Source: a virus (Duplodnaviria; Caudoviricetes). Taken from it: DNA of 35,834 bases. Under the pieces are notes generated by a model. The model worked only from the letters and a program-made list of their open reading frames with translations. It did not search any database and had not been told where the DNA came from. Positions 35,493 through 35,834 of this stretch are shown here, in pieces (the first letter of the stretch is position 1; every line of letters starts with the position of its first letter). The stretch lies in IMG/VR virus record IMGVR_UViG_3300033487_000024, positions 1 to 35,834 of that record; one strand, given 5' to 3'. The position numbers and the translations under genes are program-made.

Positions 35493-35834
35493 TCATACCT
35501 CCGTGATCGTCATAGGGTAGTACTCGATCTCGAAGTGCCTTTTCTTCCAGCGGTACATGTCGGTCCTGAAGCCTTTCTTATCTTCAACGACCGTCTTCCC
35601 GCCGCGATCGTACACAAAGTCAGCGCGGTACTCTCCGATCTTCTTGAAGCCGAAAGTCTGCGCGCCTTGAGGGTTGCGAGCGATGGCGGTCAGGTCGAAC
35701 ACCACCTGACGCCGAAGGTCGGTGATCAACCCTGCCGTCTGCTCCATGAGCAGTTCCCGCCAGCGAGCCGCTTCACCTTTCGAGTCGAACATCACCCCTT
35801 CGACGTTCACCTTCGTCGCGTTGTACTTCGACCG
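35493..35834 (-). CDS. DUF1064 family PD-(D/E)XK nuclease-like protein (5'-truncated by the window)
   Basis: RSKYNATKVNVEGVMFDSKGEA...YRADFVY...VVEDKKG...YRWKK. The frame is open to the window end. Confidence 0.88.
   Translation of the reverse strand, partial: RSKYNATKVNVEGVMFDSKGEAARWRELLMEQTAGLITDLRRQVVFDLTAIARNPQGAQTFGFKKIGEYRADFVYDRGGKTVVEDKKGFRTDMYRWKKRHFEIEYYPMTITEV

Overview
This window is most of a GC-rich, podovirus-like tailed phage genome. No tape-measure, sheath or integrase gene is visible. Bases 1-1030 are a repeat-dense non-coding control region with helically phased DnaA-box-like sites, a perfect 17-bp inverted repeat, four ~32-bp iteron-like repeats, short AT-richer tandem repeats and a C-rich to G-rich strand switch. 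A long + strand morphogenesis operon follows: small ORFs, HTH small terminase, an SLT-like protein, large terminase, portal with a Zn-ribbon insert, scaffold, major capsid protein, minor virion proteins, a CAT-anticodon tRNA with mixed initiator/elongator features, adaptor, an apparently split nozzle, tail fibre and accessory proteins, three ejection proteins (the last is 2589 aa with an embedded ParB-like core), then membrane and lipoprotein lysis genes. It meets a convergent - strand block (DUF1064 nuclease, M15 endolysin, a secreted Ig/FN3-like protein and small W/R-rich peptides) at a bidirectional hairpin. All product calls come from motif recognition and gene order, not database searches. 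The best candidate for a new system is an oriC-like DnaA/iteron array paired with a probably virion-injected ParB-like protein.
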